DNA from: a virus
Lineage: Duplodnaviria; Caudoviricetes
Length of the DNA: 64,000 nt
IMG/VR virus record: IMGVR_UViG_3300035208_001807
Location: 64,001 to 128,000 of that record
Strand: one strand, 5' to 3'
Shown: positions 1 through 7,582 of the stretch, piece by piece
Layout: each line of letters begins with the position of its first letter
How positions within the stretch are numbered: position 1 is the stretch's first letter
Position numbers and translations under genes: made by a program
Notes under the pieces: model-generated
Database searches by the model: none
Seen by the model: the letters and a program-made list of their open reading frames with translations, nothing else
What the model was told of the DNA's origin: nothing

Positions 1-243
1 TCTTGGGCAGCTAAGCAAGCTTTCTTAGATAAATTAAGAGATGTTCCATGCCCTATATGCAAAGGAAGATTTGCTCCTTGCAGTATGGAGTTTGATCATC
101 TAAGAGACAAAAAGACTTGTGTTAGCACACTTGCCAAGAATTCTTGGTCTAAGTTAAAGGCTGAGATAGCTAAATGTGAAGTTATCTGTGCTAATTGTCA
201 TCGAGTTAGAACTCTTAATAGGAAGAAAGACAAAACACGTTAA
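1..243 (+). CDS. HNH endonuclease, 5'-truncated by the window edge
   Basis: Frame 1 reads CPICKGRF..MEFDHLRD..KCEVICANCHRVRT and ends at TAA 241-243. Confidence 0.85.
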   Translation, partial: SWAAKQAFLDKLRDVPCPICKGRFAPCSMEFDHLRDKKTCVSTLAKNSWSKLKAEIAKCEVICANCHRVRTLNRKKDKTR

Positions 244-310
244 TGGTGTAGTGGTAGCATTGGTGACTCCAAATCTCCAGGTGGGAGTTCGATTCTCTCT
301 TAACGTGCCA
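237..310 (+). tRNA. tRNA-Trp(CCA)
   Basis: acgttaa/ttaacgt acceptor stem, ct-cca-aa loop, GTTCGA T-loop, G73-CCA; overlaps the HNH stop codon. Confidence 0.9.
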
Positions 311-314
311 AATT

Positions 315-351
315 AAGTAGACAGTGGGTTCGACTCCTACCTGCCGTGCCA
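315..351 (+). pseudogene. Orphan 3' half of a tRNA (probably Trp)
   Basis: T-arm gtggg-ttcgact-cctac plus ctgccgt-G-CCA; its 5' half is not in the window. Confidence 0.7.
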
Positions 352-370
352 TCTACTTTAAGGAACTAGC

Positions 371-871
371 ATGAAGAAGATTGCCCAGTTTGTTGATGAA
401 GCCTCAGGGCTTATCTTTAAGACTGCGAAAGCAGCTCTTAAGTCTGAGAATAAGCACCGCTCTATCAAGAAGATCTTTTCTTGGATAGGTAACCGCGAGA
501 AGCGGACTCGGCGCAAGGGTGAAGACGACTGTAAATTCGCCAATGGTGGATGGTCTATCCAATGGTCGGAGGCTGATTACGAACGCCTCATCAATTGCAT
601 TTGGCAGGCTGTTCATGATCATGAGAGGTGGATCTATAACCAGTATAAGGGAGGCCTTACTCTAGGCCAGATAAGGGGCCAAAGTGCACTAGGTCACTAC
701 CTCAGTGATAACGATAGCTCTATTTATCACTGGTATACCTTGCAGATGGAAATCTGTCCTAAGTGTTTCCGGCAGTATGGACAGCCCTACTATGCAATCA
801 ATTGTCATTGTGATGGCACTTCGGGCGGAAGTGGCCGCGCCCATACAATTCCCACTCGGGAATTAGACTAG
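371..871 (+). CDS. Hypothetical protein with C-terminal Cys cluster
   Basis: AAGGA RBS, 166 aa, CPKC..CHC. Confidence 0.7.
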   Translation: MKKIAQFVDEASGLIFKTAKAALKSENKHRSIKKIFSWIGNREKRTRRKGEDDCKFANGGWSIQWSEADYERLINCIWQAVHDHERWIYNQYKGGLTLGQIRGQSALGHYLSDNDSSIYHWYTLQMEICPKCFRQYGQPYYAINCHCDGTSGGSGRAHTIPTRELD

Positions 872-918
872 TAATACTAGACAGTGTGTAAGAAATACTA
901 TATAGTTTTACTTACAAT

Positions 919-992
919 GCTTCTATAGCTCAACGGCAGAGCGCCTGGTTGAAGCCCAGGAGATGGTGGTTCGAAACCATCTGGGAGCACCA
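919..992 (+). tRNA. tRNA-Phe(GAA)
   Basis: Cloverleaf, cctgg-tt-gaa-gc-ccagg, CCA end. Confidence 0.9.
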
Positions 993-994
993 AT

Positions 995-1072
995 GGGGGA
1001 TGGGACTGCACAGGGTGGTCGCCTGCTTTGCAAGCAGGATTCAGGTGGGAGCGTTACCCACATCCTCCACCA
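995..1072 (+). tRNA. tRNA-Ala(TGC) with atypical T-loop
   Basis: G3:U70 pair, cctgc-tt-tgc-aa-gcagg, T-loop agcgtta, CCA end. Confidence 0.8.
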
Positions 1073-1160
1073 TATGAAAGCGGACCTAGCTAGGATGCCG
1101 GCCCCATTTAGGGGGTGCGGGCTCCCCTAGATAACCACCCGCTCACTTGAGGATGTGTAC

Positions 1161-1186
1161 TCCGAGGTAGCTTGAAGGTCAAGCAA
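1161..1186 (+). pseudogene. 5' half of interrupted tRNA-Asn
   Basis: tccgagg-ta-gctt..aagc; acceptor strand pairs with tctcgga near 1720-1726. Confidence 0.7.
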
Positions 1187-1565
1187 TCTTGTCATGGATT
1201 TCAGCATGGCAGTTAGAGCAGACAAGGATACACTTGTCCAACTCTTTTACTGTCCTTTTCCATGAGACATTAGTTGATCCGATACCAAAGTCTTTTTGGC
1301 TAGGATCCTTGTGGTGGAATTGTAAAGCTCTGGGTGACTTCTTGTAGTTACAAATACTACAAGCTCCTCCGAGATATTCAATAGCTCTCAGCTTTCTGCG
1401 CTGACGCCACTCGATAACAGAGTCGACTGGAGATTTATTAGTAGAAAGTCTACTAATACGTAGTTTTTCTCGGTACTCAGATTTACAGCTAGATGAGCAG
1501 TATGGACTTGACTTAGTGATAAGTCTTCCGCAACTCTTGCAGTGGTTAGTTAGCTTGTGTGTCAT
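1179..1565 (-). CDS. HNH endonuclease with N-terminal Zn ribbon
   Basis: CSIC..ALQFHH..KCILVCSNCHAEIH. Confidence 0.9.
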   Translation of the reverse strand: MTHKLTNHCKSCGRLITKSSPYCSSSCKSEYREKLRISRLSTNKSPVDSVIEWRQRRKLRAIEYLGGACSICNYKKSPRALQFHHKDPSQKDFGIGSTNVSWKRTVKELDKCILVCSNCHAEIHDKIA

Positions 1566-1571
1566 GTATGT

Positions 1572-1659
1572 TCCTGGGTAGGAAAATTGGTAACCCCAAC
1601 CGGCTGTTAACCGGTAGAGCGTAAGCTCACTGTTGGTTCGAGTCCAACCTCAGGAGCCA
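1572..1659 (+). tRNA. tRNA-Asn(GTT) with long variable arm
   Basis: accgg-ct-gtt-aa-ccggt, gagc-gtaa-gctc variable arm, G73-CCA. Confidence 0.85.
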
Positions 1660-1687
1660 TATTCATTGTAACATGCTTAACCGAGAA

Positions 1688-1730
1688 TGTTAAGGAGAAG
1701 TTTCTGGTTCGATTCCAGATCTCGGAGCCA
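1688..1730 (+). pseudogene. 3' half of interrupted tRNA-Asn
   Basis: t-gtt-aa anticodon, tctgg-ttcgatt-ccaga T-arm, tctcgga-G-CCA. Confidence 0.75.
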
Positions 1731-1738
1731 TTGAGAAT

Positions 1739-1894
1739 ATGATGCATAACCGTTTCCGTAAGAACTTTGATCGTTGTGAGGATTTCATTCCTAAGAAGGG
1801 GACGAATCCTAACAAGTTACTTACTGCTTGTAAGCGATACTGGAACCGGTGGCGGAGACGCCAACAGAAGAAGGCTAAGAACGAGGAGTTCTAG
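1739..1894 (+). CDS. Small basic hypothetical protein (51 aa)
   Basis: Open frame MMHNRFRKNF...KKAKNEEF between tRNA genes. Confidence 0.5.
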   Translation: MMHNRFRKNFDRCEDFIPKKGTNPNKLLTACKRYWNRWRRRQQKKAKNEEF

Positions 1895-1895
1895 T

Positions 1896-1929
1896 TCCGG
1901 GATCGTCTAGCGGTAGGACATCGGCCTTT
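1896..1929 (+). pseudogene. 5' half of interrupted tRNA-Gln
   Basis: tccgggatcgtctagcggtaggaca closely resembles tRNA-Gln at 3470; acceptor pairs with tcccgga near 2602. Confidence 0.8.
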
Positions 1930-1964
1930 TCGGTTGACGTGCGTCACTTACATTGCTAAGATAT

Positions 1965-2038
1965 TAGCAGGTGGTCCAAAGGTAAGACAGTAGGTTTTGA
2001 TCCTACCAATGCAGGTTCGAGTCCTGCCCTGCTAACCA
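1965..2038 (+). tRNA. tRNA-Gln(TTG)
   Basis: gtagg-tt-ttg-at-cctac, GGTTCGAGTCC, CCA end. Confidence 0.9.
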
Positions 2039-2054
2039 CCTTAGGTGGCTTAGT

Positions 2055-2576
2055 ATGACAACTAATTGGAGAAACAGACCAAGGGCCAAGAGAAGTGTTG
2101 TTTGGACAATTCCACGTGCTGAGTTTGCTGAGCTTTGTCGCACCTCAACTTCTATAGGCCAGATTCTAAAGAAGTTTGGTCTTGTTAATAAAGGTGGTAA
2201 TAAAACCACGGTAGAGCGCCGAGCTAAAGAAGATGGAGTTAGTCTTTCGCATATTGCGCGCGGCTTGGCTTCAAACTTTGGAAGGAAGTTTGGTCCTGCA
2301 TATAATAGATTACCTCTAAGTGAGGTCTTTTGTGTAGGGAGTAGGGCTAGCCGAAAAGCTGTTAAGAGTAGAGTTCTAGGTCTTGGACTCATTCCGAATA
2401 GGTGTGTCCTTTGTGGCTGTCCTCCACTCTGGCATGATAAGTTACTCATTCTTGTCTTAGACCATATTAATGGTATCCCAAATGATAACCGTATAGAGAA
2501 TCTGAGATTAGTTTGTCCAAACTGTAACAGTCAGACTTCCACATTTACGGGACGTAATAACAGGAAGAGAGTTTAG
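2055..2576 (+). CDS. HNH endonuclease
   Basis: CVLCG..LVLDHINGIPNDNRIENLRLVCPNCNSQT. Confidence 0.92.
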   Translation: MTTNWRNRPRAKRSVVWTIPRAEFAELCRTSTSIGQILKKFGLVNKGGNKTTVERRAKEDGVSLSHIARGLASNFGRKFGPAYNRLPLSEVFCVGSRASRKAVKSRVLGLGLIPNRCVLCGCPPLWHDKLLILVLDHINGIPNDNRIENLRLVCPNCNSQTSTFTGRNNRKRV

Positions 2577-2612
2577 CCGCGAAGCGGGGTTCGAGTCCCT
2601 GTCCCGGATCCA
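2575..2612 (+). pseudogene. 3' half of interrupted tRNA-Gln
   Basis: agccgc..cgggg-ttcgagt-ccctg-tcccgga-T-CCA. Confidence 0.8.
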
Positions 2613-2623
2613 ACGAGGATAGA

Positions 2624-3019
2624 ATGTTCAACCCAGGCGACATCGTGATGTCTAAAGATGGAGAGGATGGTCCGTTTGTTGTCCTTAAGGACGATGGGGT
2701 CAACTTCTCTACTTGTCACATCGGTAAGCCAAGTGTTGGAGTTGTATCCAAACAATCCCTATTTGTCCCGATTAAGCGACAAGGACAATATGGAGGACAC
2801 TGGAAAACGAACGCCTTTGACAGAATTGGGGCTATCTATCGCTGGGCAGAGCCTACTGCTTATACTCGCTTTAAGCAGAACCATAAACTTGTACTATCCG
2901 ATGTTGAGCCAGGGGGCCCAACACGAGAAGAGATTCTTAAGCGTATTCAGTCCGGGCATCGTGTCCGGAAGAAGAAGATAGCTAAGAGGAAATCCCGACT
3001 GGCGTACATTACGGAGTAG
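2624..3019 (+). CDS. Hypothetical protein
   Basis: GAGG RBS, 131 aa, basic C-terminus. Confidence 0.7.
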   Translation: MFNPGDIVMSKDGEDGPFVVLKDDGVNFSTCHIGKPSVGVVSKQSLFVPIKRQGQYGGHWKTNAFDRIGAIYRWAEPTAYTRFKQNHKLVLSDVEPGGPTREEILKRIQSGHRVRKKKIAKRKSRLAYITE

Positions 3020-3021
3020 TT

Positions 3022-3387
3022 ATGGCCTTACGTAGATTCGAATGTGTTGAGGGTACCTCAAACAAGTTCTGGGAGATCGATGATGAGCCCCGGCCGGGAC
3101 GTGGGTATCCAATCTCTTATGGACGCATAGGGGTCACTGCTAATCCCTATTATAAGATAATGAGTGGTTCAGAGTTCCGGAAGATGGTTGCTTCCAAGCT
3201 TGCGAAGGGGTATCGCGAGGTGGTTCCTTTACCCCATGGCGGCACTGGACATGAGCCGCGGCCTTTGCTAAGACGCCTCTCTGGCCCTCAACAGAGGAAC
3301 TTAAAGCGTAAAGCAGTAAGGATTGAGAAAGCTGTTCGTAAGAGAGCAATGCGTACAACGCCTCATCTCTCTTCGTTGGTAGATTGA
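3022..3387 (+). CDS. WGR-domain protein
   Basis: RFECVEGTSNKFWEI..SYGRIG..SKLAKGYREV; ends in LSSLVD. Confidence 0.85.
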   Translation: MALRRFECVEGTSNKFWEIDDEPRPGRGYPISYGRIGVTANPYYKIMSGSEFRKMVASKLAKGYREVVPLPHGGTGHEPRPLLRRLSGPQQRNLKRKAVRIEKAVRKRAMRTTPHLSSLVD

Positions 3388-3388
3388 C

Positions 3389-3464
3389 GCGCTTCTAGCT
3401 CAACTGGTAGAGCATCACCTTGATAAGGTGGGGGTTTCCGGTTCAAATCCGGGGAAGCGCACCA
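3389..3464 (+). tRNA. tRNA-Ile(GAT)
   Basis: Cloverleaf with tt-gat-aa loop, CCA end. Confidence 0.92.
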
Positions 3465-3469
3465 TAAAC

Positions 3470-3543
3470 TCAGGGATCGTCTAATGGTAGGACGGCACCC
3501 TCTGAAGGTGCGTATAGTGGTTCGAATCCATTTCCCTGAACCA
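3470..3543 (+). tRNA. tRNA-Gln(CTG)
   Basis: gcacc-ct-ctg-aa-ggtgc, CCA end. Confidence 0.92.
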
Positions 3544-3549
3544 TTTAAG

Positions 3550-3712
3550 TTAGTACTGATAAATCCGTAGGGAGCCTCTTCGGGGTTTAAAACCTTATGA
3601 GACCGAATAGAAACGGAGTATTCTAAGTCGGCCATGTTAGGCCCACGTTAAAAGCATGCAGCGTACTGTCCGACAATGCATGTGTAGAGCCCTACGGTGT
3701 TATGAGTACTAA
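3550..3712 (+). ncRNA. Unidentified structured ncRNA
   Basis: Long-range stems ttagtact/agtactaa and ccgtaggg/ccctacgg enclose a UUCG hairpin and gcatgca/tgcatgt. Confidence 0.55.
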
Positions 3713-3815
3713 AAGAGTTTTGATGGGGCCTGGAGCTTAGTGGCTCCCATTGCATTAGAGGTCATAATCAGATGCAAGAAAATGACCTGGGCCTATGAGG
3801 ACTTAAGGAGAATAT

Positions 3816-4346
3816 ATGTCAGCGGATCATAAGACATGTTGGATCGAATGTGAGTGCGGGGATTATGATTGTGCCTCTCGTATTGAGGTATGGCACGATG
3901 AGGCTGATAACACTCATGAGTTTTACTTCTCCTATCAACCAGAACAGTATCCTAAGTATGAGACAGATAGAAATTATCTTAGCTATATTAATGGGCGCGA
4001 TAATTGGCACTGGTTTCAATTTAAGTGTTGGTTGAGGGGAGTCAAGTTATATTTCCGCAATATATGGTATGCAATTACTGGTAAGCCCCAGTGGTGGTAT
4101 GCTAACATGTCTTGGGGTCCAGAGCAAGCTAAGAAGTTATCTGATTTTATTCGTGAGAATTTACCTGATGAACCTAAGGTTCTTGATCGTAGATTAGATG
4201 GTACTGCATTTGATCCTAGAGTAAAAGGTACTATAGGAGATGTGCAATTAGCATGTCCTAAATGCGGGAATAATAAGTGGACCTATTCAGATGGTCCAAT
4301 CATCTGTTCTAGGTGTTATACTGAAAGACCGGAAGAGAAGAAGTAA
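3816..4346 (+). CDS. Hypothetical protein with Zn-ribbon motifs
   Basis: AAGGAG RBS; CECG..C and CPKC..CSRC. Confidence 0.75.
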   Translation: MSADHKTCWIECECGDYDCASRIEVWHDEADNTHEFYFSYQPEQYPKYETDRNYLSYINGRDNWHWFQFKCWLRGVKLYFRNIWYAITGKPQWWYANMSWGPEQAKKLSDFIRENLPDEPKVLDRRLDGTAFDPRVKGTIGDVQLACPKCGNNKWTYSDGPIICSRCYTERPEEKK

Positions 4347-4486
4347 TGGATAACTATCCTTTTACTTATGAAAAGTGTGTTTCCTGGTATCAGGTAAAGC
4401 GTAAGCCTACCTCGAAGTGTTCTGTTTGCCTGAAGATTTGGCGAGCAACAGAAGCTGCCCGAAAATGGCTCAAGTCTATGTGACTT

Positions 4487-4562
4487 GGGTCTGTAGCTTA
4501 GCAGCTAAAGCAACCGCCCTTTAAGCGGTATATCGTGGGTGCGAGTCCCATCAGGCCCACCA
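4487..4562 (+). tRNA. tRNA-Lys(TTT), atypical (C33, TGCG T-loop)
   Basis: accgc-cc-ttt-aa-gcggt, CCA end. Confidence 0.8.
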
Positions 4563-4580
4563 ATTTGAGGTAGCTAACGT

Positions 4581-4657
4581 GCCCTGGTAGCTCAGCCTGG
4601 TAGAGCTTCCGCCTTGTAAGCGGAGGGTCGTCGGTTCGAATCCGACCTGGGGCTCCA
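4581..4657 (+). tRNA. tRNA-Thr(TGT)
   Basis: tccgc-ct-tgt-aa-gcgga, canonical cloverleaf. Confidence 0.93.
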
Positions 4658-4659
4658 AT

Positions 4660-4734
4660 GCTACGATGGTCCAATGGTCACGACATCGGAATTTCAATCC
4701 GATAATCCGGGTTCAATTCCCGGTCGCAGTGCCA
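4660..4734 (+). tRNA. tRNA-Glu(TTC)
   Basis: tcgga-at-ttc-aa-tccga, CCA end. Confidence 0.9.
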
Positions 4735-4909
4735 TTGATGTAGACGCGGCCCGACGGTGCAAGCGGAAGCTATTCGGGCTTGACGGATAAGCTAGAGATT
4801 CATGCAAAGTATGGTTATTATGTCATACAGCGGCACTGACGTGGTGCTAAAGGGCATAGCTCACGTACTCTAAGTGATATCTGGTTATCATGTGACTTGG
4901 AAGGCTTGA

Positions 4910-4984
4910 GCTCGCTTAGGCCAGCGGTAGACCGCCTGTTTTACATACAGGATGTCGGGGGTTCGATTCCCTCAGCGAGCACCA
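4910..4984 (+). tRNA. tRNA-Val(TAC)
   Basis: cctgt-tt-tac-at-acagg, CCA end. Confidence 0.92.
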
Positions 4985-5008
4985 TTTGCGAACGATCCTG
5001 GAGGATCT

Positions 5009-5389
5009 ATGTTTCTTAAGATACTAGTCGCGATACTTACTATAGCTGTTATAGTTATAGTAATCGGCGCAGCCCTGCTCTTCAATGCTTACATTGCTTC
5101 TAGCATCTACCAGATGCTTTTGCAGCCCATTATCAAGGTTGCTCTACCCCTCTACTTCTTCATGGGTTTATGCCTGGTGTGGGGTGTCATGATTGACTCA
5201 GGACTTAGGACTAATCTCCTGACTGATATTCACAAACGTCTTTGCAATCGTGACGACCTTGGTATAGCAACCAACGGGAATGAAGTCCATAAGACTTTCA
5301 TGAATAAGGCTTTCTTCAAGGATATATTCATCATTCCGCTCACAGCTTGGGGAGTAGCTTTTATCATTCATTGGGTTGTGGGGTGCTAG
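5009..5389 (+). CDS. Membrane protein
   Basis: GGAGG RBS before ATG 5009; three hydrophobic segments. Confidence 0.75.
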   Translation: MFLKILVAILTIAVIVIVIGAALLFNAYIASSIYQMLLQPIIKVALPLYFFMGLCLVWGVMIDSGLRTNLLTDIHKRLCNRDDLGIATNGNEVHKTFMNKAFFKDIFIIPLTAWGVAFIIHWVVGC

Positions 5390-5390
5390 G

Positions 5391-5819
5391 ATGACTAAGC
5401 TTCATGATGCAATCTCTGAGTATCAGTGTCCCGGTTGTGTCTGCGGCGGTGCCCCATCGCAGAATTGTGAAGCTCTCAAATTGGACAAGGATGGTTGTTC
5501 TAAGCACGTTGTTGGAACATTCATTATGGGATTAGGCCACATTGTCCTCGGCTTACCAAAGGGTTTTGCTAGGGTTAGCGAAACGCAGGGTAAGATTCGT
5601 ATCTTCCCTACTAAGGAAGATTACGCTTCACATGAGTACGATCACTTCAATGTGCCTGTATGGAAGTATAAGAATGAAAAGGGGCATGTTCTAGTTCGGG
5701 TATATATGCCGCGAATCGATACGAGTAGCATCCATATCCACATGGATGGCAGCTACTTTCATGAGATCCGAGCTACTTATACAGTTACAGACGAGATGCT
5801 GAAGGGAATGACTTCCTAG
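5391..5819 (+). CDS. Hypothetical Cys-rich protein
   Basis: CPGCVCG motif; follows the previous gene directly. Confidence 0.7.
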   Translation: MTKLHDAISEYQCPGCVCGGAPSQNCEALKLDKDGCSKHVVGTFIMGLGHIVLGLPKGFARVSETQGKIRIFPTKEDYASHEYDHFNVPVWKYKNEKGHVLVRVYMPRIDTSSIHIHMDGSYFHEIRATYTVTDEMLKGMTS

Positions 5820-5822
5820 AAT

Positions 5823-5896
5823 GGGTTCCTAGTTCAGTGGTAGAACAGCAGACTCTTAATCTGCCTATCTGGGTCCGATTCCCAGGGAGCCCACCA
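5823..5896 (+). tRNA. tRNA-Lys(CTT)
   Basis: gcaga-ct-ctt-aa-tctgc, CCA end. Confidence 0.9.
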
Positions 5897-5899
5897 ATT

Positions 5900-5973
5900 G
5901 CGGGATTGGTGTAATGGTAGCAAGTCACGTTGCCAACGTGAAGGCGCGGGTCCGATTCCCGCATCCCGCTCCA
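5900..5973 (+). tRNA. tRNA-Gly(GCC)
   Basis: tcacg-tt-gcc-aa-cgtga, U73-CCA. Confidence 0.92.
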
Positions 5974-5974
5974 T

Positions 5975-6046
5975 GGCTCGGGGTCCGGTGACCAACTTGG
6001 TTTCATAAGCCGGGTTTGCGTGGATCATCACCACGACGAGCTACCA
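5975..6046 (+). tRNA. Atypical tRNA with CAT anticodon
   Basis: cttgg-tt-cat-aa region, minimal D-arm ggtc-cggt-gacc, non-canonical T-loop, CCA end. Confidence 0.6.
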
Positions 6047-6060
6047 TTTAAGGAGCTAAA

Positions 6061-6327
6061 ATGAAGAAGGTTCTGTTCATGTTCATGCTATTCTTTGTTA
6101 TCCATCTTTCGGGTGGCAAAGATGTTGAGAGATACTACTTCCCTAACGCTGAATACAAGTGGCGCATTTGGGGAGGCGACGGCTCTGCCTATGTCGATGT
6201 AACAAGGAAGAAGAGTGGTTGTTGTGGCGACTCTGTATTTGTTGGATCTCTTCTGGCCGGATGGTACATCGTCGACTTTGGCGATGGGACTAAGCTCCCT
6301 AGTTCCTATGCGCCTATGACACCATAA
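6061..6327 (+). CDS. Small protein with hydrophobic N-terminus (paralog of 16148..16414)
   Basis: AAGGAG RBS, 88 aa, signal-peptide-like start. Confidence 0.75.
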   Translation: MKKVLFMFMLFFVIHLSGGKDVERYYFPNAEYKWRIWGGDGSAYVDVTRKKSGCCGDSVFVGSLLAGWYIVDFGDGTKLPSSYAPMTP

Positions 6328-6433
6328 AGATCTTGACAAATCCATATAGGTAAAAAGTACATATGTGGATTATGGCCGATTCTAGATTGCCATGATTTTC
6401 CTGGAATCTGTGCAGCTGCAGTTAGTTTTAGAC

Positions 6434-6508
6434 GCGCCGATGGTCTAATGGAAGGGCCCTGGGTTACGGTCCCAGTGTATGTGGGTTCGAGTCCTACTCG
6501 GCGTACCA
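6434..6508 (+). tRNA. tRNA-Arg(ACG)
   Basis: ctggg-tt-acg-gt-cccag, CCA end. Confidence 0.9.
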
Positions 6509-6523
6509 TTTAGGGAGTTTGCA

Positions 6524-6853
6524 ATGCCGCTATTCGATTTCATCAAGAAGAAGTTAGTGGAGAGGGAAATGCGTCTGTCTGATCCTAATCTGCTTCCTAA
6601 GGCTAAGCCTTCGAAGCCGAAGAAGGCTAAAGAGCCTAAGAAGTCTGCTCCTCGTCGTGAAGAGACTAATTGGCTTGAGCGGCGCCATCTCCATGTGGAA
6701 ACTACTGAAACCTCTTGGGCCTTCAATCCTAATACTCAGTTTGAGATTGAGACTAATGAGCGTTGTGCAGATTATGTATTTACTACGCCAGCTGGTAAGT
6801 TCGAAGCACGTATTCCCTATCGTACGGTTATCGAAATACATATAGAGGACTAA
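6524..6853 (+). CDS. Hypothetical protein
   Basis: GGGAG RBS before ATG 6524; Lys/Pro-rich linker. Confidence 0.7.
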   Translation: MPLFDFIKKKLVEREMRLSDPNLLPKAKPSKPKKAKEPKKSAPRREETNWLERRHLHVETTETSWAFNPNTQFEIETNERCADYVFTTPAGKFEARIPYRTVIEIHIED

Positions 6854-6859
6854 TTTTTG

Positions 6860-6898
6860 GCCCTCTTAGCTCAGTGGTTAGAGCAGGAAACTCATAAT
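6860..6898 (+). pseudogene. 5' half of interrupted tRNA(CAT), Ile2-like
   Basis: gccctct-tagctcagtggttagagca..ct-cat-aa; acceptor pairs with agagggc at 7461. Confidence 0.85.
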
Positions 6899-6945
6899 GT
6901 TTACTTAGTAGTATGAGTGTGTTATAATAGCTTTAGGAGGCTATT

Positions 6946-7392
6946 ATGAACACACACTTATGTCCACGATGTAACAAGAGGGAAGAGTTTGGTATTAATA
7001 GACTAAAGAAAGATGGGATGCAGACTTCTTGTAAGAAGTGTCGCCAGCGATACCAGCGGGACTGGTATCAGAAGCATAAAAGGTTGCACAAAGCTAGAGC
7101 ATGGAAGTCAAATGAGTTAGTAAGAGTGCGCAATAGGAAGTTACGTGACTCTTACTTGCGATCTCATCCCTGTATTGATTGTGGTGAGAAAGATATAGAG
7201 GTTTTAACTTTCGATCATGTAAGAGGAGTAAAGCGCCTAGATATATGCAGTATGATAAGGCGTGCATTTACATGGAATACTATACTTAAAGAGATAGGAT
7301 TATGTGAAGTCAGGTGTGCTAACTGTCATACAAAAGTAACTAGGAAGAGACGTGAGGACATCAAGCTTAACGGTCGAGCAGCGTCCTCATAA
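6946..7392 (+). CDS. HNH endonuclease
   Basis: HPCIDCGE..LTFDHVRG..CEVRCANCHTKVT; AGGAGG RBS. Confidence 0.92.
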   Translation: MNTHLCPRCNKREEFGINRLKKDGMQTSCKKCRQRYQRDWYQKHKRLHKARAWKSNELVRVRNRKLRDSYLRSHPCIDCGEKDIEVLTFDHVRGVKRLDICSMIRRAFTWNTILKEIGLCEVRCANCHTKVTRKRREDIKLNGRAASS

Positions 7393-7430
7393 GACGTTGG
7401 AACTGGGTTCAACTCCCAGGATGTCCACCA
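7356..7430 (+). tRNA. tRNA(CAT), Met or Ile2
   Basis: ggacatc/gatgtcc acceptor, gcgtc-ct-cat-aa-gacgt; overlaps the HNH 3' end. Confidence 0.85.
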
Positions 7431-7431
7431 T

Positions 7432-7471
7432 TAATGCCTTGTCGAAGGTTCGAATCCTTCAGAGGGCACCA
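7432..7471 (+). pseudogene. 3' half of interrupted tRNA(CAT)
   Basis: gaagg-ttcgaat-ccttc-agagggc-A-CCA; taatg repeated at both junctions. Confidence 0.85.
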
Positions 7472-7475
7472 TTAT

Positions 7476-7569
7476 CCTACTGGGTGGGTCGGTATCCTCG
7501 GGAGATTTATAACCTCCAGTTGCCCTAGATTGGGGCCGTAACCTGGGTCAGCACCAGGCAGTAGGACCA
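7476..7569 (+). tRNA. Atypical tRNA with TAT anticodon and long variable arm
   Basis: cctactg/cagtagg acceptor, tt-tat-aa loop, T-loop gtcagca, CCA end. Confidence 0.6.
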
Positions 7570-7582
7570 TTAAGGAACTATC

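Noticed and set aside
1896-2612. Group I intron as the explanation for split tRNAs
   Set aside because: The insert is almost entirely HNH ORF plus a complete CCA-ending tRNA, leaving too little sequence for a ribozyme core.
4735-4909. Possible ncRNA between tRNA-Glu and tRNA-Val (similarly 1075-1145)
   Set aside because: Only a few short hairpins and no convincing closing helix.
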